Shown one piece after another: positions 22,906-34,957 of a DNA stretch of 64,000 bases. Both the position numbers and the translations under genes were made by a program. Origin of the DNA: Zancudomyces culisetae HAW-14-8 (lineage: Eukaryota > Fungi > Kickxellomycota). The DNA lies in NCBI GenBank assembly GCA_052426225.1, contig JBNJNM010000021.1, forward strand, positions 2,232,001 to 2,296,000, written 5' to 3'. The first letter of the stretch is position 1. The number at the start of each line of letters is the position of its first letter. Under the pieces are notes generated by a model that worked only from the letters and a program-made list of their open reading frames with translations, ran no database searches and was not told the DNA's origin.

Positions 22906-25900
22906 TTAAATATCAATCAGCCTTTTTACAGCCCCGCCGGACACCGGCAGTTGTGAGTTCCTATGTGGATCGCTCTTTTTGACAAGATAATCATCAATGC
23001 TACGGGCAGCTTGTCGTCCCTCGTTTATTGCCCACACCACTAAACTCTGTCCTCTCCTACAATCACCAGCTGCAAATACACCCTCAAATTCGGTCTTGTA
23101 GTCTGTATCATGGGCTTCTATACATCCCATACCAAAGCCACCTACTGTACTGCTTGGTTTATTTACTCCTTTAGTATCATTGGTATCACACTTTGTGAGT
23201 TCGCCTAGCACTGCTGATTTTTCTGGCCCAACAAAGCCCATAGATATCAAAACCACGTCGGCCGCAAAGATTTTTGTACTTCCTTCGACTTCTTTGAATT
23301 CCCATCTGCCACTACCCTCAGCTTTTGTCCACTGTACCTGAACGGTTTCGAGCCCTTTTAGGTTTCCTTGGTCATCACCAATGAATCTTTTGGTACTGAT
23401 GCAATATATTCGGGGATCTGTTCCATACACCTCTTTGGCTTCTGCATGTCCATAGTCGACCTTGAACACTCTGGGGAATTGTGGCCATGGGTTTTCTTTT
23501 TCATTGCGTCTACCAACTGCTGGTTTCATCAGCAACTCAAAGTTGGTAACTGATCTTGCTCCCTGACGCACTGATGTTGCTATGCAGTCGTTTCCTGTAT
23601 CTCCACCCCCGATAATTATTACATTCTTGTCGTTCACATCGATTGCAGAGATATCTGATTTGTAAATCATCTTTTTGGTGGCTGGAGTCAGGTAATCCAT
23701 AGCAAAGTGTATACCGTTAAGGTTTCTTCCCTCAATACCGAGATCCCTTGGCTTTGTTGAGCCTATTGCCAGTAGCACAGCGTCATTTTTCTCCATGAGT
23801 TGCTCAGTGGTTATGTCTACCCCAACGTTTACACCTGTAACAAAACATACGCCTTCCCTTTCCATTTTATCAGTTCTTCGCCGCAACACATTTTCCTTGT
23901 CCAGCTTCATGTTTGGAATACCGTACATTAACAACCCACCAACTCTGTCTTCACGCTCATACACTGTCACAGTGTGTCCAGCTTTGTTTAGCTGGTCTGC
24001 TGCTGAGAGTCCAGCAGGTCCCGAACCAACTATTGCAATCCGCTTTCCAGTTCTATATGTAGGTAATTGTGGTGTCATCCACCCTTGCTCCCATGCATAA
24101 TCAATTATCGCTGCTTCGATTGACTTGATTGCAACAGGATCAGAATTAATTCCGAGAACACATGACCCTTCGCACGGTGCCGGACATACTCTTCCAGTAA
24201 ACTCTGGAAAGTTGTTTGTTTCCATCAATCGCTCAAATGCATTCCTCCAGTCATCTTGATATACCAACTCGTTCCACTTTGGAATCATGTTACCTATTGG
24301 ACACCCTGTTGTATCTGACTGGCAGAACGGTACACCGCAGTCCATACATCTTGCGGCTTGTTGTTTTAATTTGGCCTTGCTCATTCGGTTGCTTATTTCT
24401 CCCCAGTCCTTGACTCTCTTGACAATATCTCTATACTCCTCTCCTTCACGACGAATTTTCATAAATCCCTTAACCTTAATCTTTGTCGAGTCTCGCCACT
24501 CCTCGGCGCTACTTCTCTTATTTTTTTGTCCAGCTCCTTTCCCTGGAGCTTTATTTTCCACTAGATCTTCCAGATCCACTACCTTTGCTGTTTCAACTGA
24601 TTTGCTGGTTTTTTTACTATGCTCAACTCGGGTTGGTTGTGCATTTTTCGCGTTCTTTTTTTCCAAAATCTTTTTGTATTCTGTAGGAATGACTTTAACA
24701 AAGTGACCAACATTATGTGTCCAGCCTTGCAAAATATGCTGTGCGTGTTGAGAACCTGTATATTCGACATGTTTTTCTAGGATTTTTTTGACCTCCATGA
24801 TTTCTTCTTTACTTTCCAAGGTTTCGATCTCCACGAGTTCCATATTTACTTTTTCTACAAAGCTACCTTTCTCGCCTTTACAGTATACATATGCTATTCC
24901 ACCAGACATTCCCGCTGCAAAATTAATTCCTGTCTCTCCAATAATCACAACTCTTCCACCAGTCATATACTCACACCCGTGATCTCCAACACCCTCGACT
25001 ACAGCAATCGCTCCCGAATTGCGCACTGCAAACCTTTCTGCAGCTATACCTGAAATATATGCCTCACCACTAGTGGCACCGTAAAGACACACATTTCCCA
25101 CTATAACGTTCTCATTCGAGCTAAATCTTGATCCTCTGGGTGGATACACTATCACAACTCCCCCAGACAATCCTTTTCCTACGTAATCATTACAATCACC
25201 CTCCACCTCCACCGTTATCCCTGAAGCTAGAAATGCACCAAGTGATTGGCCTGCTGATCCATTGAGTTTGATATGAACCTGATTCTGTGGCAGACCCTTT
25301 GCACCGTGGTACAGGGAAACGTAGTACGAAAAAGTGCTTCCAAATGCCCGATCAGTATTTTTGATTCTGCTTTCCAGATTAACCTTTTTTCCGCTTTCAA
25401 TGGCATCTAGCACATCCCTAAGTAATACTTCTTCCACTTTTTCCTCCTCCAAAGTTGCGGCCAAGCTTGCCAGTGACAGAAAACTTTCACCACTCTTTAT
25501 TTCCATTTTGATCTCTGACTCGTCATGGCTTGACTGAGAACTTGTTATTTTGCTGGACATCTTATACTCCCTGTACATTTCTGTTGCAGGCTTAAGTATT
25601 CCAGACAGGTTTATGTATTTAGCTTTTTCTGAAGTTGCAATGTACTCTGTATCCATTTTCAAGTACTGAGCTTTTCCTACAATGTCTTCAAGTTTAGAAT
25701 ATCCTAAAGATGCTAAAATTTTTCTTATATCTTCAGCCAAAAAGTAGAAAAAGTTTATGACATCTTCTGGTTTTCCTGCAAACTTTTCACGCAGTACAGG
25801 ATCCTGTGTGGCTATTCCAACAGGACAGGTGTTCAGATGGCACTTTCTCATCATAGTACAGCCTAACGCAATGAGTGGGGTTGTCGCAAATCCAAACTCG

Positions 25901-28900
25901 TTTGCTCCTAGCAATGCGGCCATAATCACATCCTTTGCTGTCTTTAACTGACCATCAGTTTGGATCACAACTTTTTCTCGTAGATTGTTGAGCACAAGTG
26001 TCTGATGGGTTTCTGCAAGCCCCAACTCCCAAGGTAAACCCGCATATTTTATTCCTGTCCATCGCGAAGCACCAGTTCCACCATCATGTCCAGAAATCAA
26101 TATGTGATTAGCCTTTGCCTTTGCCACACCCGAGGCTACAACACCCACTCCATTTACTGAAACCAGCTTAACACTTATACGCGCTCTTGGGTTAGCACCC
26201 TTTAAATCATATATAAGCTCTTTTAGATCTTCGATCGAGTAGATGTCGTGATGTGGTGGTGGTGAAATCAGGCCCACACCTTCAGTTGAATGTCTTGTCT
26301 CTGCAATCTTACCTGATACTTTGTGTCCAGGTAGCTCACCACCTTCTCCGGGTTTTGCTCCTTGTGCCATTTTTATCTGCAATTCGTCTGCATTTGCTAA
26401 ATAATGACTAGTAACACCGAAACGCCCTGAGGCAATCTGCTTAATTGCAGATCTTTCAGAATCGCCATTCTCTTTCTTAATGTATCTTTGCGAATCTTCA
26501 CCTCCCTCCCCCGAGTTACTCTTACCACCTAATTTGTTCATTGCTATTGCTAGGGAAGTATGTGCTTCTAGAGAAATTGAGCCGTATGACATTGCTCCAG
26601 TGCAAAACTTTTTCACTATTTCGGTCCAAGGCTCGACTTGCTCTATTGGGATTGGTTCTGTTTTTGAGTAGTCTATCTCTAAAAGCCCCCTTAAAGTACA
26701 CTTTTTCACAGCATTGTCCCAGTTTTCTTTTGTGTAGGCATCCCAACTTGCTTGATTTTTTTCCCTCACAGCGTGTTGTAGGCTTGCGATTGCAGATGGT
26801 GTATTTACATGGTTTTTGCCACCATTAACCCAGTGGTATTCTCCAAATTTACCAACCCCACCTGATTGAGTTTTACCTGGTTCCAACTCTTTGGATACGC
26901 TAGTAGTAGTTAAACCATATCCACATCCATACCCCCGATAATGAAATGCAATTGCATCAGCAGCAAAAACACTAAATGTTGCACCTCCAATTCGTGACGG
27001 TGTGCCCATAAAACACATTTCCATCACCTCGTCATTTATCCCTAGAGCTTCAAATATTTGAGCCCCCTTGTATGACTGTAATGTGGATATGCCCATCTTT
27101 GACATGACTTTTTTTACGCCATCATTAATAGAATTCCTGTATTTCAAGAGAATCTTATCAACCCCCTCTTCACTACAATCATTTATTTTCATGGTTGAGA
27201 GTTTTGCTATTAATTCATAGGCAAAATATGGACATATTGCATCTGCTCCATAGCCAATTATTGTGCAAAAATGATGCACTTCCCTAACATCTGCAGCCTC
27301 AACTACTAGCGCCACTTTTAGTCTGAGTTTTTCCCTCACCAATCTTTGGTGTACCGCACTAGACGCAAGTAGCGAGAATAGTGAAACTCTGTCCTTATTG
27401 ACATTTCTATCAGAAAGAATGAGTATCTTGACCCCATTTCTGACACATTCAGCCGCTTCAAGACACAGATCACTGATTCTTTTACTAAATGCTTCAACTC
27501 CGCCTTCTCTTTCAAAGGATATATCCAACACTTTTGAGCTCCATCCACTAAGCTTTACGTGCATGTCAGAATTAATAAGACTCTCATCTAACCCACTTTC
27601 ACGCACTTTTTGAATGTTCCGAAGTGCCTCCAATTCTTCTGATGAAAGCAGAAAGCTTGGCAGTCTTATTCTGTTTACTTGATCTTTATTTACATCTAGT
27701 GTATTGTGTTCGGGACCTACCAGACACTCTAGCGTCATTACAACCTTCTCCCTGATAGGATCGATTGGTGGATTTGTCACCTGGGCAAACACCTGCCGCA
27801 AGTAATCAAATGGTAGACGAGGCTCTGAGTCCAAACATGCAAGCACAGTATCATTTCCCATTGATCCTAACGCCTCTTTTCCGTTGTATATCATTGGTAA
27901 AAGCAGCATATTTATTTCCTCTATTGAGTACCCAAATGCAGCCAGTCTTGGATCGCTAAAGATGTCACTCTTAGCCGCCGATACGCCACGGTTATCTGTG
28001 CATGTGACAGTACTTTCAGATGCTTCCACCATCCTGTACGCCGAAACCAGCGCATTTATATCGATTGTCTTTTTGGCTATCCAATCAGCAAATGGATACT
28101 TTGTGCTTGTTTCGCCTTTCAAGGTGTCGTCAGATACAATCTCACCCTTAACCGTATCAACCAAAAGCATCTTGCCAGGCATCAGTCTTCCTTTGCTTTT
28201 TACGTTCTCTGGCGAAATATTAATTGCACCAACTTCGCTGGCACAAATCATCACATCATCATTAGTAATATAATACCTGCATGGTCGCAATCCATTTCTA
28301 TCAAGCGTTGCACCGCAAAATCTTCCGTCAGAAAAAGTCATGAGCGCGGGACCATCCCATGGTTCCATAATTGAAGATGCCCATTCATAAAATGCTCTTT
28401 TTTGCCGGATAAATGTACTCTGCTCGGAATTATCGTCGGGTATTACAATGTTTTGCCATGCCTCAGGTATCATAAGCATGACTGCTTCTGGGAGAGTAAG
28501 CACTCCGCCTAACATTAATAGCTCAACAACGTTATCAAAGGCCTGTGAATCAGATCCATGATCCTCAATAATAGGATACATTTGCTCGAGCTGTTCTTTA
28601 GTAAAATGTGCCGATTCTAGAAGTCCTTCTCTTGAACGCATCCAGTTTTTATTTCCTTTTAAGGTGTTAATTTCGCCGTTATGCGCAGATAATCTGTTTG
28701 GCTGTGCACGATCCCAAGATGGAAATGTGTTTGTGGAAAATCTAGAGTGAACAAGAGCAAAATGACTTGTAAAATCCGAATCATTCAGATCCAGATAATA
28801 GGCATTTAAATTTCGCGATAACAGCAAACCCTTGTACACTATCTTTTGCGACGATAATGATGATACATAGAAAAACCCATCAATTGGACTTTCTGATCTG

Positions 28901-29556
28901 ATTTCATTTGTCACTAGCTTGCGAAACAAAAATAATTTTCTCTCGAAAGCCAAAACGCTATCCTGGTCTTTATCTTTGCTAATGAGATCCTGACTTACTT
29001 CTATACTCTGTGGTACTATAAGAGGTTGAAGTATCGTTGGTTCGCTTTTTTTCGCCATTGGGCCGATATAATCTCTGTCAACTGGGACTTTACGCCATCC
29101 CACCACTCTTAACCCGCACTTGGCTGCAGATTTCTCAAAAGCATCCATGGCCTTTTGGCGAATATCTGTGTTCCTATTGAAAAATACATTGCCTGTTGCA
29201 TAAGCACCTGGAACAAGTATCGAGTTCATACAACCCACTCCGTTTAGGTCACCCCTGGTTTGGGTATTATCCAGCTTACTCAGAGTTGGTGACCAAACCT
29301 TGCGCATGAATTTATGGGGCATCGATGCCATTATTCCCGCACCATCACCGTCTCTACTATCGGCGCCCTCTGCACCGCGATGTTCCATGTTTGACAGCAA
29401 ATAGTCTGCCTTTCTGATAATATCATGTGTTGGTTTTCCATTTATGTCTATAACAAAGCCCACACCACAGCTATCAACTTCGTTTTCTGGGTTGTATAGG
29501 CCCGATTTCTGTGGTAGTACGGACTTCCAGCCCATTTCTTTTAACATTGATGACAT
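22906..29556 (-). CDS. GLT1: NADH-dependent glutamate synthase (fused large and small subunit), intronless
   Basis: 'DSCGVGF' Ntn cysteine, 'HSRFSTNTFPSW', 'QIKMAQGAKPGEGG', the 3Fe-4S motif 'CTMMRKCHLNTCPVG', GXGXG repeats, and beta-subunit motifs 'RCMDCGVPFC' and 'GSGPAG'. Confidence 0.99.
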   Translation of the reverse strand: MSSMLKEMGWKSVLPQKSGLYNPENEVDSCGVGFVIDINGKPTHDIIRKADYLLSNMEHRGAEGADSRDGDGAGIMASMPHKFMRKVWSPTLSKLDNTQTRGDLNGVGCMNSILVPGAYATGNVFFNRNTDIRQKAMDAFEKSAAKCGLRVVGWRKVPVDRDYIGPMAKKSEPTILQPLIVPQSIEVSQDLISKDKDQDSVLAFERKLFLFRKLVTNEIRSESPIDGFFYVSSLSSQKIVYKGLLLSRNLNAYYLDLNDSDFTSHFALVHSRFSTNTFPSWDRAQPNRLSAHNGEINTLKGNKNWMRSREGLLESAHFTKEQLEQMYPIIEDHGSDSQAFDNVVELLMLGGVLTLPEAVMLMIPEAWQNIVIPDDNSEQSTFIRQKRAFYEWASSIMEPWDGPALMTFSDGRFCGATLDRNGLRPCRYYITNDDVMICASEVGAINISPENVKSKGRLMPGKMLLVDTVKGEIVSDDTLKGETSTKYPFADWIAKKTIDINALVSAYRMVEASESTVTCTDNRGVSAAKSDIFSDPRLAAFGYSIEEINMLLLPMIYNGKEALGSMGNDTVLACLDSEPRLPFDYLRQVFAQVTNPPIDPIREKVVMTLECLVGPEHNTLDVNKDQVNRIRLPSFLLSSEELEALRNIQKVRESGLDESLINSDMHVKLSGWSSKVLDISFEREGGVEAFSKRISDLCLEAAECVRNGVKILILSDRNVNKDRVSLFSLLASSAVHQRLVREKLRLKVALVVEAADVREVHHFCTIIGYGADAICPYFAYELIAKLSTMKINDCSEEGVDKILLKYRNSINDGVKKVMSKMGISTLQSYKGAQIFEALGINDEVMEMCFMGTPSRIGGATFSVFAADAIAFHYRGYGCGYGLTTTSVSKELEPGKTQSGGVGKFGEYHWVNGGKNHVNTPSAIASLQHAVREKNQASWDAYTKENWDNAVKKCTLRGLLEIDYSKTEPIPIEQVEPWTEIVKKFCTGAMSYGSISLEAHTSLAIAMNKLGGKSNSGEGGEDSQRYIKKENGDSERSAIKQIASGRFGVTSHYLANADELQIKMAQGAKPGEGGELPGHKVSGKIAETRHSTEGVGLISPPPHHDIYSIEDLKELIYDLKGANPRARISVKLVSVNGVGVVASGVAKAKANHILISGHDGGTGASRWTGIKYAGLPWELGLAETHQTLVLNNLREKVVIQTDGQLKTAKDVIMAALLGANEFGFATTPLIALGCTMMRKCHLNTCPVGIATQDPVLREKFAGKPEDVINFFYFLAEDIRKILASLGYSKLEDIVGKAQYLKMDTEYIATSEKAKYINLSGILKPATEMYREYKMSSKITSSQSSHDESEIKMEIKSGESFLSLASLAATLEEEKVEEVLLRDVLDAIESGKKVNLESRIKNTDRAFGSTFSYYVSLYHGAKGLPQNQVHIKLNGSAGQSLGAFLASGITVEVEGDCNDYVGKGLSGGVVIVYPPRGSRFSSNENVIVGNVCLYGATSGEAYISGIAAERFAVRNSGAIAVVEGVGDHGCEYMTGGRVVIIGETGINFAAGMSGGIAYVYCKGEKGSFVEKVNMELVEIETLESKEEIMEVKKILEKHVEYTGSQHAQHILQGWTHNVGHFVKVIPTEYKKILEKKNAKNAQPTRVEHSKKTSKSVETAKVVDLEDLVENKAPGKGAGQKNKRSSAEEWRDSTKIKVKGFMKIRREGEEYRDIVKRVKDWGEISNRMSKAKLKQQAARCMDCGVPFCQSDTTGCPIGNMIPKWNELVYQDDWRNAFERLMETNNFPEFTGRVCPAPCEGSCVLGINSDPVAIKSIEAAIIDYAWEQGWMTPQLPTYRTGKRIAIVGSGPAGLSAADQLNKAGHTVTVYEREDRVGGLLMYGIPNMKLDKENVLRRRTDKMEREGVCFVTGVNVGVDITTEQLMEKNDAVLLAIGSTKPRDLGIEGRNLNGIHFAMDYLTPATKKMIYKSDISAIDVNDKNVIIIGGGDTGNDCIATSVRQGARSVTNFELLMKPAVGRRNEKENPWPQFPRVFKVDYGHAEAKEVYGTDPRIYCISTKRFIGDDQGNLKGLETVQVQWTKAEGSGRWEFKEVEGSTKIFAADVVLISMGFVGPEKSAVLGELTKCDTNDTKGVNKPSSTVGGFGMGCIEAHDTDYKTEFEGVFAAGDCRRGQSLVVWAINEGRQAARSIDDYLVKKSDPHRNSQLPVSGGAVKRLIDI

Positions 29557-31123
29557 TATGTCGACGCCTGTCTTAATTAATATTGTTCTTATCTTTTTAT
29601 TAACGTTTTAAAAACCTTTACTTTAGCTTTAGACCGAAGTTGGTTCTGATTAGTAATTAGTTGTGTATGTAATATACCTTTAGTGGTATTTTGTAAATAT
29701 AAACTTAGTATTAGAGGCTTAAATGTAACTTTTGTGTATTTGAAACATGAGTTTACAGAATAACTTCAACTACAAGTCAATAACCACTGTGATTTATATG
29801 GTATTAAATACTTCACGCCTTGCCCAGATACAGTTGACCTAAAGCAAAACGCAAATAAAAATGTAGCTCGCATTTGAAAAATAAAGAGATCGCACCCTGA
29901 TAACAAGACTTGCTGGGGTTGCATAATTAAATGCACATACAAACCATTTCTGCTATTTTCAACTGGGTTACTCTATGATATTTTTTTGCTCTGCTAAAAC
30001 AAAGGAATAAATTAATGTTATTTTAGCATAGATAGGACCTTTGAGCCGGATAGTGTCCACCAATGGTACTCGAATTTTACCTCGCGCCCACACCTTTCCT
30101 CCAATTCTTCCACTAGGAAAAGGGGGTTAATATTAAAAAGTCGTATCTATTTCTTTTTTTTTATGTACAAGAGTCTGGACACATGCTTCCACCCACACTA
30201 CTGGACAAAAGTATAAACAATAATCTGCAGACTTTATTGCAACTATTAGCTTGCTAGAGTCTATAATTGTTTTTCTAGTATCTCAAATGCTAGAACATAG
30301 TTTCACATTTTCTACGTATTTCTTTTTACGGGTGCTGATCCCATACACTTGCGAAAAGAAATGCTAACATAACCAAACTTGACCTGTTATAAGCTAGAAT
30401 ACCATGTCACCAAGTGTTGCAAGAGTGGAAATCAAAGTAGGAAAAAAGAACTGTGAAATAGGCCCTTTTTTGAGAATTGGCCGCTTTTGGCGTGAAATAT
30501 ATAATTCGGCTATATTATTTGCTGTTCCTAATTCTCCGTTCGGAACCAAGCTACTGAATCATTAAGGTTTCGGGTTTTGGTATCGTAAAACCCTTGGGTT
30601 TCAATTGGCGGTTGATGTGGTTGGAGGAAAAGCGTTTTCCCGTACTGCGATTCGCCCATGTGATGGTTTAATTTACTGGATATTGTTAAAACGAAACGTG
30701 AAAAAGTAACAGATACCCGGTTTATAAATTAAAACAGCTTTTTGCGACTTTTAGGAATGTTTTGTTTTATTAATGTTTTTTATCATTATGTTCTTAGTAG
30801 GAATACTTTGTATTTACCGCTTTTTTCGAGCGGAGGTTATCGATAAGGAAGCCAAAGTCTAGCTGTGTGTTTAATAACTAAAAAATAGTTTGTAATCGAT
30901 AAAGATTGTTCAAACGCCAAAAATCGCGATAGAGGATGGATAAATCCGTAAGGTTCACATATTACTAAGAATCACAGATAAAAAAATAGGGGAATCGTTC
31001 TACCCGTGAAAAATATTGGATATTGAGCATGTTTATGTCTCTTTTGTTACTGATAATGGAAGTATGATCAATATGTGACGACCAGTTGAGTAAGATGAAG
31101 TTTATTGGATAATCATGTGCAAA

Positions 31124-31226
31124 TGTGTATGTATGTGTTTATGTGTTTATGTGTTTATGTGTTTATGTGTTTATGTATGACTGTATGTATGTATGTATGT
31201 ATATTTGTGTGTATATTTGTGTGTAT
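31124..31226. repeat. Compound microsatellite (TATGTGTT)n/(TATG)n
   Basis: Directly visible. It generates the spurious ORFs 31105-31334. Confidence 0.9.
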
Positions 31227-32808
31227 AAACAGATCTACCATCGCTTTCATGTGCATATCAAACACTTATCTATCCCTATCTACCCCTATCTGCATTCCTA
31301 TACTTTTTTAGAAACCTTATATATAATATTCTAGATTTTGACAAACTCTATTATAAGATAGTAGAGCCTGGATGTGAACATCGATAAAAAAGCGCCAAAA
31401 AAAGGTTGATAAAATAATGCGTCAATATAATTTCGATTGTCTTTCTCTAAGCAAAAAAGTATACCTTTTTTGTTGACCAGCAAGTACTATAACCCCCCTC
31501 CGCCCCCTCCCCCTCCTCCCCCTTCTAAAAGCAATCTTTGAGATGGTGCATTTTCAAAAAATTTATAGTTGACTTATAATGGTCATTCTAAAATAACCTA
31601 CTTGTAAACACATCTTGCATTAAAGCGAAAATATTCATTTCATGAAAAAGAAAAACAACATATCTATAATGATCAAATTCGTCTTTTTGCGAAGAACTAT
31701 AACAATAAAATTTTTTCTAACAAATGATAAATTATAACATATAATATGCTGTGGTTGATGTGGTTGTTTTAGCTACTGTCTAGTACTTTGTGGTTATCTA
31801 GAGGGTATACTATGCTACTCTTTATTTACAGTAATATTGCTATTGAGGGATTTGAATGAACACATTAACTTTTAGTCTTAAATAAATTCTTTATTTGAAT
31901 CTGGAGCTTGTATTCTAGGCTTTGCTTTTTTCATCTTACTCTTCCTTTTAAGAAAAAAAGTTACAAAACGATTCGACTGGAGACCTCAATGTATATCCTG
32001 ATTGATTTTAGTGTATTATTTACTGTACCCAGCTATGAAGAATTCCTGGCATACAGCCATTCCTGGTATCACAGCTAACGGCTCTGTTATTATCATATTG
32101 TTCACATTATTCACAATACAGATTCTAAAATTGGTACACAAAAAGACCAAGAATGGTAAGGAGGCACAAAATAAAAGTACCAACAAATATCTGAGCCTTT
32201 GGTTTGTGTCTCGAGACTAAGAGAAACCAAGCATATTTTCCCAAATGCTTAGAAACCAGGTACAATACCAAGCAACAATGAACTTGTGGTAATAGCGAAT
32301 AAAACCTAGCTAAAATTAGCCAAAAAACGATCAAGTGCTTCATTTTCGATTGAGGACTACTTATTGGCAGCATTCAATTATTTTCAATGTAAATTGGAGT
32401 AATAATGCACATAGCTTGAAAATCAAAACCAATAATTGAATTCGTTCTAGAATATCATCATTCATTTCAGTTGGAGCTAGTGGTATTTATTCGAATCAAT
32501 TAATAAAAGAATCAACGGAAAGAACGAAATTAACGAAAATAGCAGGAGTAACAAAAGCAACAAAAGCAACAAAAATAAAGAAAATAAAGAAAATAGCAAC
32601 AACACCCAGTACATTTGATTGAAATTTGACTACCATAAATGTTATTTTAGCAACATTTCAGGATCCTGCACTAAAAGCTAAGATCAATAAGGAAATAAAT
32701 AACATATCTTCCCCCTTTTTTTCGGTTTTACATTTGTTTTTGAAAGTGTAAGCAGATTTGGTATAAAATAGTTATTTTTTAATAAAAACGCCAAAATAAC
32801 AGGACACA

Positions 32809-34617
32809 ATGGAAATAAAACAAGAGTACCAAGATGGAAAGCCAAGGATAGATTATAGCAGTTCAGAAGAAGCATTTCCAATATCATTTAGGTATAGCAA
32901 AAACAAGAAACGACATCTGGTGTGTACTAGAGATATTCAAGCGGGTAGTATAGTTTTTATAGAAAAGGCATGCGCCTCAATAGTTAACGAGGGATCCTTA
33001 GATGATCTTTGTAGCCGGTGCTACAAAGATTTACCAACAGGAAATAATATCCTTCCAGATTTAGCCATAGAACAGCAGAGAGAAGCCAAGGCATATTCAG
33101 ACATGAAATGTAATTCATGCAGGTATGCTAGATACTGCAGTAAGGCTTGCCAAGAGGATGACACAGAAACCCACACACTCGAATGTCCAGTACTTTCTGC
33201 TCTCGAGAGCTTGGGAAAGGATGGGAAATTTTCGTTAAATAACATTAGGATGCTGTTAAGGATATTTATTAGAAAAAGACAGCAGGAAATTAGCTCGTAT
33301 GAATTTATTCCAGGTGGCCAGTGTGAGTCGCCCATACGCTATTTTGCGGACGAAACGCTGCACATTGAAGCGTTTAACAGGCACTGGATTAAGCATACAC
33401 AAGATTGTATTGATTTTATAAATCAAAATCTACCCAAGGAGTACAGGATCGAACAGCGCAAAGCCGTAGAGTTTGCCTCAATTCTTTCAACAATAGGCGA
33501 TGACTGTATGCATCAAAACCTACTGAAAATCTCAGGTGCATATCCCATATTTTCTATACATTTTAAGCATTCATGTGCACCCAATTGTGTTCAAGTGGGG
33601 GAGAATGATGGCAGGATATATGTTCGTACACTGACAGATTTAAAAAAGGATACCATCCTTACTGTTTCGTATTCGCATCTCTTTGCGCTCCGTGATGAGA
33701 GAAGAAGGCAGCTATATATCAAAAAACACTTTTGGTGTCGCTGTACACGCTGTTCAAAGGATATCTCCAATTCTGTGGATGGAAAATTAGAGGGATTGAT
33801 GTGTCAAGTTTGTAGAAAAGGGCTGGTTATTAATAAGGATAATGGTGTTGACTCAGAGGAACACGACTGTTCGTTACACAATTCTAAAGAACAAAAAAAA
33901 ATGCACCACTATATAAAATGTACCTCATGTAGACAACTCTACAAGAAAAATTATGTAGTGGACGTTAATAAATTTATAAGAGAAAAATATATCAAGGGGC
34001 TACAGCTTTTTGAGTACGAAAAGTATGTGCTGGCAAAGGAAGCATTTGAAGAATTGGTTAGGTATTTTCACAAGAAAAAGCATATCAATGCACAAAACTA
34101 TTATCTGCTGCAGTCACATTACTACCTATCCAAGTGTTATGAGCAGTTCAATGAATTCCCACGCGCAATAGAAAATTTAAAAATATTTCTAGAGAAAGTC
34201 GAGAGTAACGAGTATTTGCCAAAGAATTTTCCCGTGTTGTCTTTTGTAAAGTTGGAGCTGGCTAGCTACTACACGCAATGCGCTAACTCTAAGGGTTTAG
34301 ACTCTAAAAAAGCATCAAATGCATTAGTGTTAAAGTATTTTTTGGTGGCAATCCAGCTGCACCAAAAGGCCTATGATGAATTGTCAATTTCATATGGAGC
34401 CGAGAATCAGCTTGTGCTTGGTTTAAAGGAGCGTGTTGGGGTTTTGCAGGACTCTTACAAAACAGCCATGAAAGAATATCAAAAATCCACTGAAACAAGA
34501 GATTTAGTGGTCCATGCTCCCGTATTACAGAAATTCAGCAATCAGCCAACAAACTTATCATATAAAAGAATGCCAGCTCCCGTAAAGCAGCCCAGACAGT
34601 CCTCAATTCCTGTATAA
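32809..34617 (+). CDS. SET and MYND domain (SMYD-type) protein with a TPR-like C-terminus
   Basis: 'LVCTRDIQAG', MYND 'CSRC...CNSCRYARYCSKACQ...HTLEC', 'HSCAPNC', 'LTVSY' and post-SET 'FWCRCTRC'. Confidence 0.9.
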   Translation: MEIKQEYQDGKPRIDYSSSEEAFPISFRYSKNKKRHLVCTRDIQAGSIVFIEKACASIVNEGSLDDLCSRCYKDLPTGNNILPDLAIEQQREAKAYSDMKCNSCRYARYCSKACQEDDTETHTLECPVLSALESLGKDGKFSLNNIRMLLRIFIRKRQQEISSYEFIPGGQCESPIRYFADETLHIEAFNRHWIKHTQDCIDFINQNLPKEYRIEQRKAVEFASILSTIGDDCMHQNLLKISGAYPIFSIHFKHSCAPNCVQVGENDGRIYVRTLTDLKKDTILTVSYSHLFALRDERRRQLYIKKHFWCRCTRCSKDISNSVDGKLEGLMCQVCRKGLVINKDNGVDSEEHDCSLHNSKEQKKMHHYIKCTSCRQLYKKNYVVDVNKFIREKYIKGLQLFEYEKYVLAKEAFEELVRYFHKKKHINAQNYYLLQSHYYLSKCYEQFNEFPRAIENLKIFLEKVESNEYLPKNFPVLSFVKLELASYYTQCANSKGLDSKKASNALVLKYFLVAIQLHQKAYDELSISYGAENQLVLGLKERVGVLQDSYKTAMKEYQKSTETRDLVVHAPVLQKFSNQPTNLSYKRMPAPVKQPRQSSIPV

Positions 34618-34871
34618 AATATGTATATCCGCTATTATTTACAAAGATTTGGTTACTATTTTGGTTTTTGAATAGAGTAGAATGCATATTTAGTGATTGT
34701 ACTAAGTACTTTTGCAGTTGTGAAGTTTGGTATAAACAATGATATCAATGAAACAATTCATACACGTGTGAAAAGAAAACGATCTTATTTAGTATGCTAG
34801 CACCAGAATGGCCATGATTGTAACACCAAGCCAAGATACAAATTAAAAAAATGATAAACATGGAAAAAGGA

Positions 34872-34953
34872 TGATGACTGTGGGGTTCGAACCCACGCAT
34901 GCGAACATATCAGGGCCTAAACCTGACCCCTTGGACCACTCGGGCAAGTCACC
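34872..34953 (-). tRNA. tRNA-Leu(TAG)
   Basis: GGTGACT/AGTCATC acceptor stem, anticodon arm TCAGG-TTTAGGC-CCTGA, long variable arm and GGTTCGAACC B box. It is followed by TCCTTTTT. Confidence 0.95.
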
Positions 34954-34957
34954 ATAA

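Noticed and set aside
31105-31334. Short ORFs rich in M/C/V/Y
   Set aside because: They are translations of a TG-rich microsatellite.
31879-32220. Reading frame with an in-frame TGA in a CxxU-like context (…WRPQCIS*LILVYY…), suggesting a selenoprotein
   Set aside because: There is no upstream ATG or clean exon start, no thioredoxin-fold similarity around the motif, and no convincing SECIS (AUGA/GA quartet with an AA loop) downstream. Hydrophobic translation is expected from T-rich intergenic DNA.
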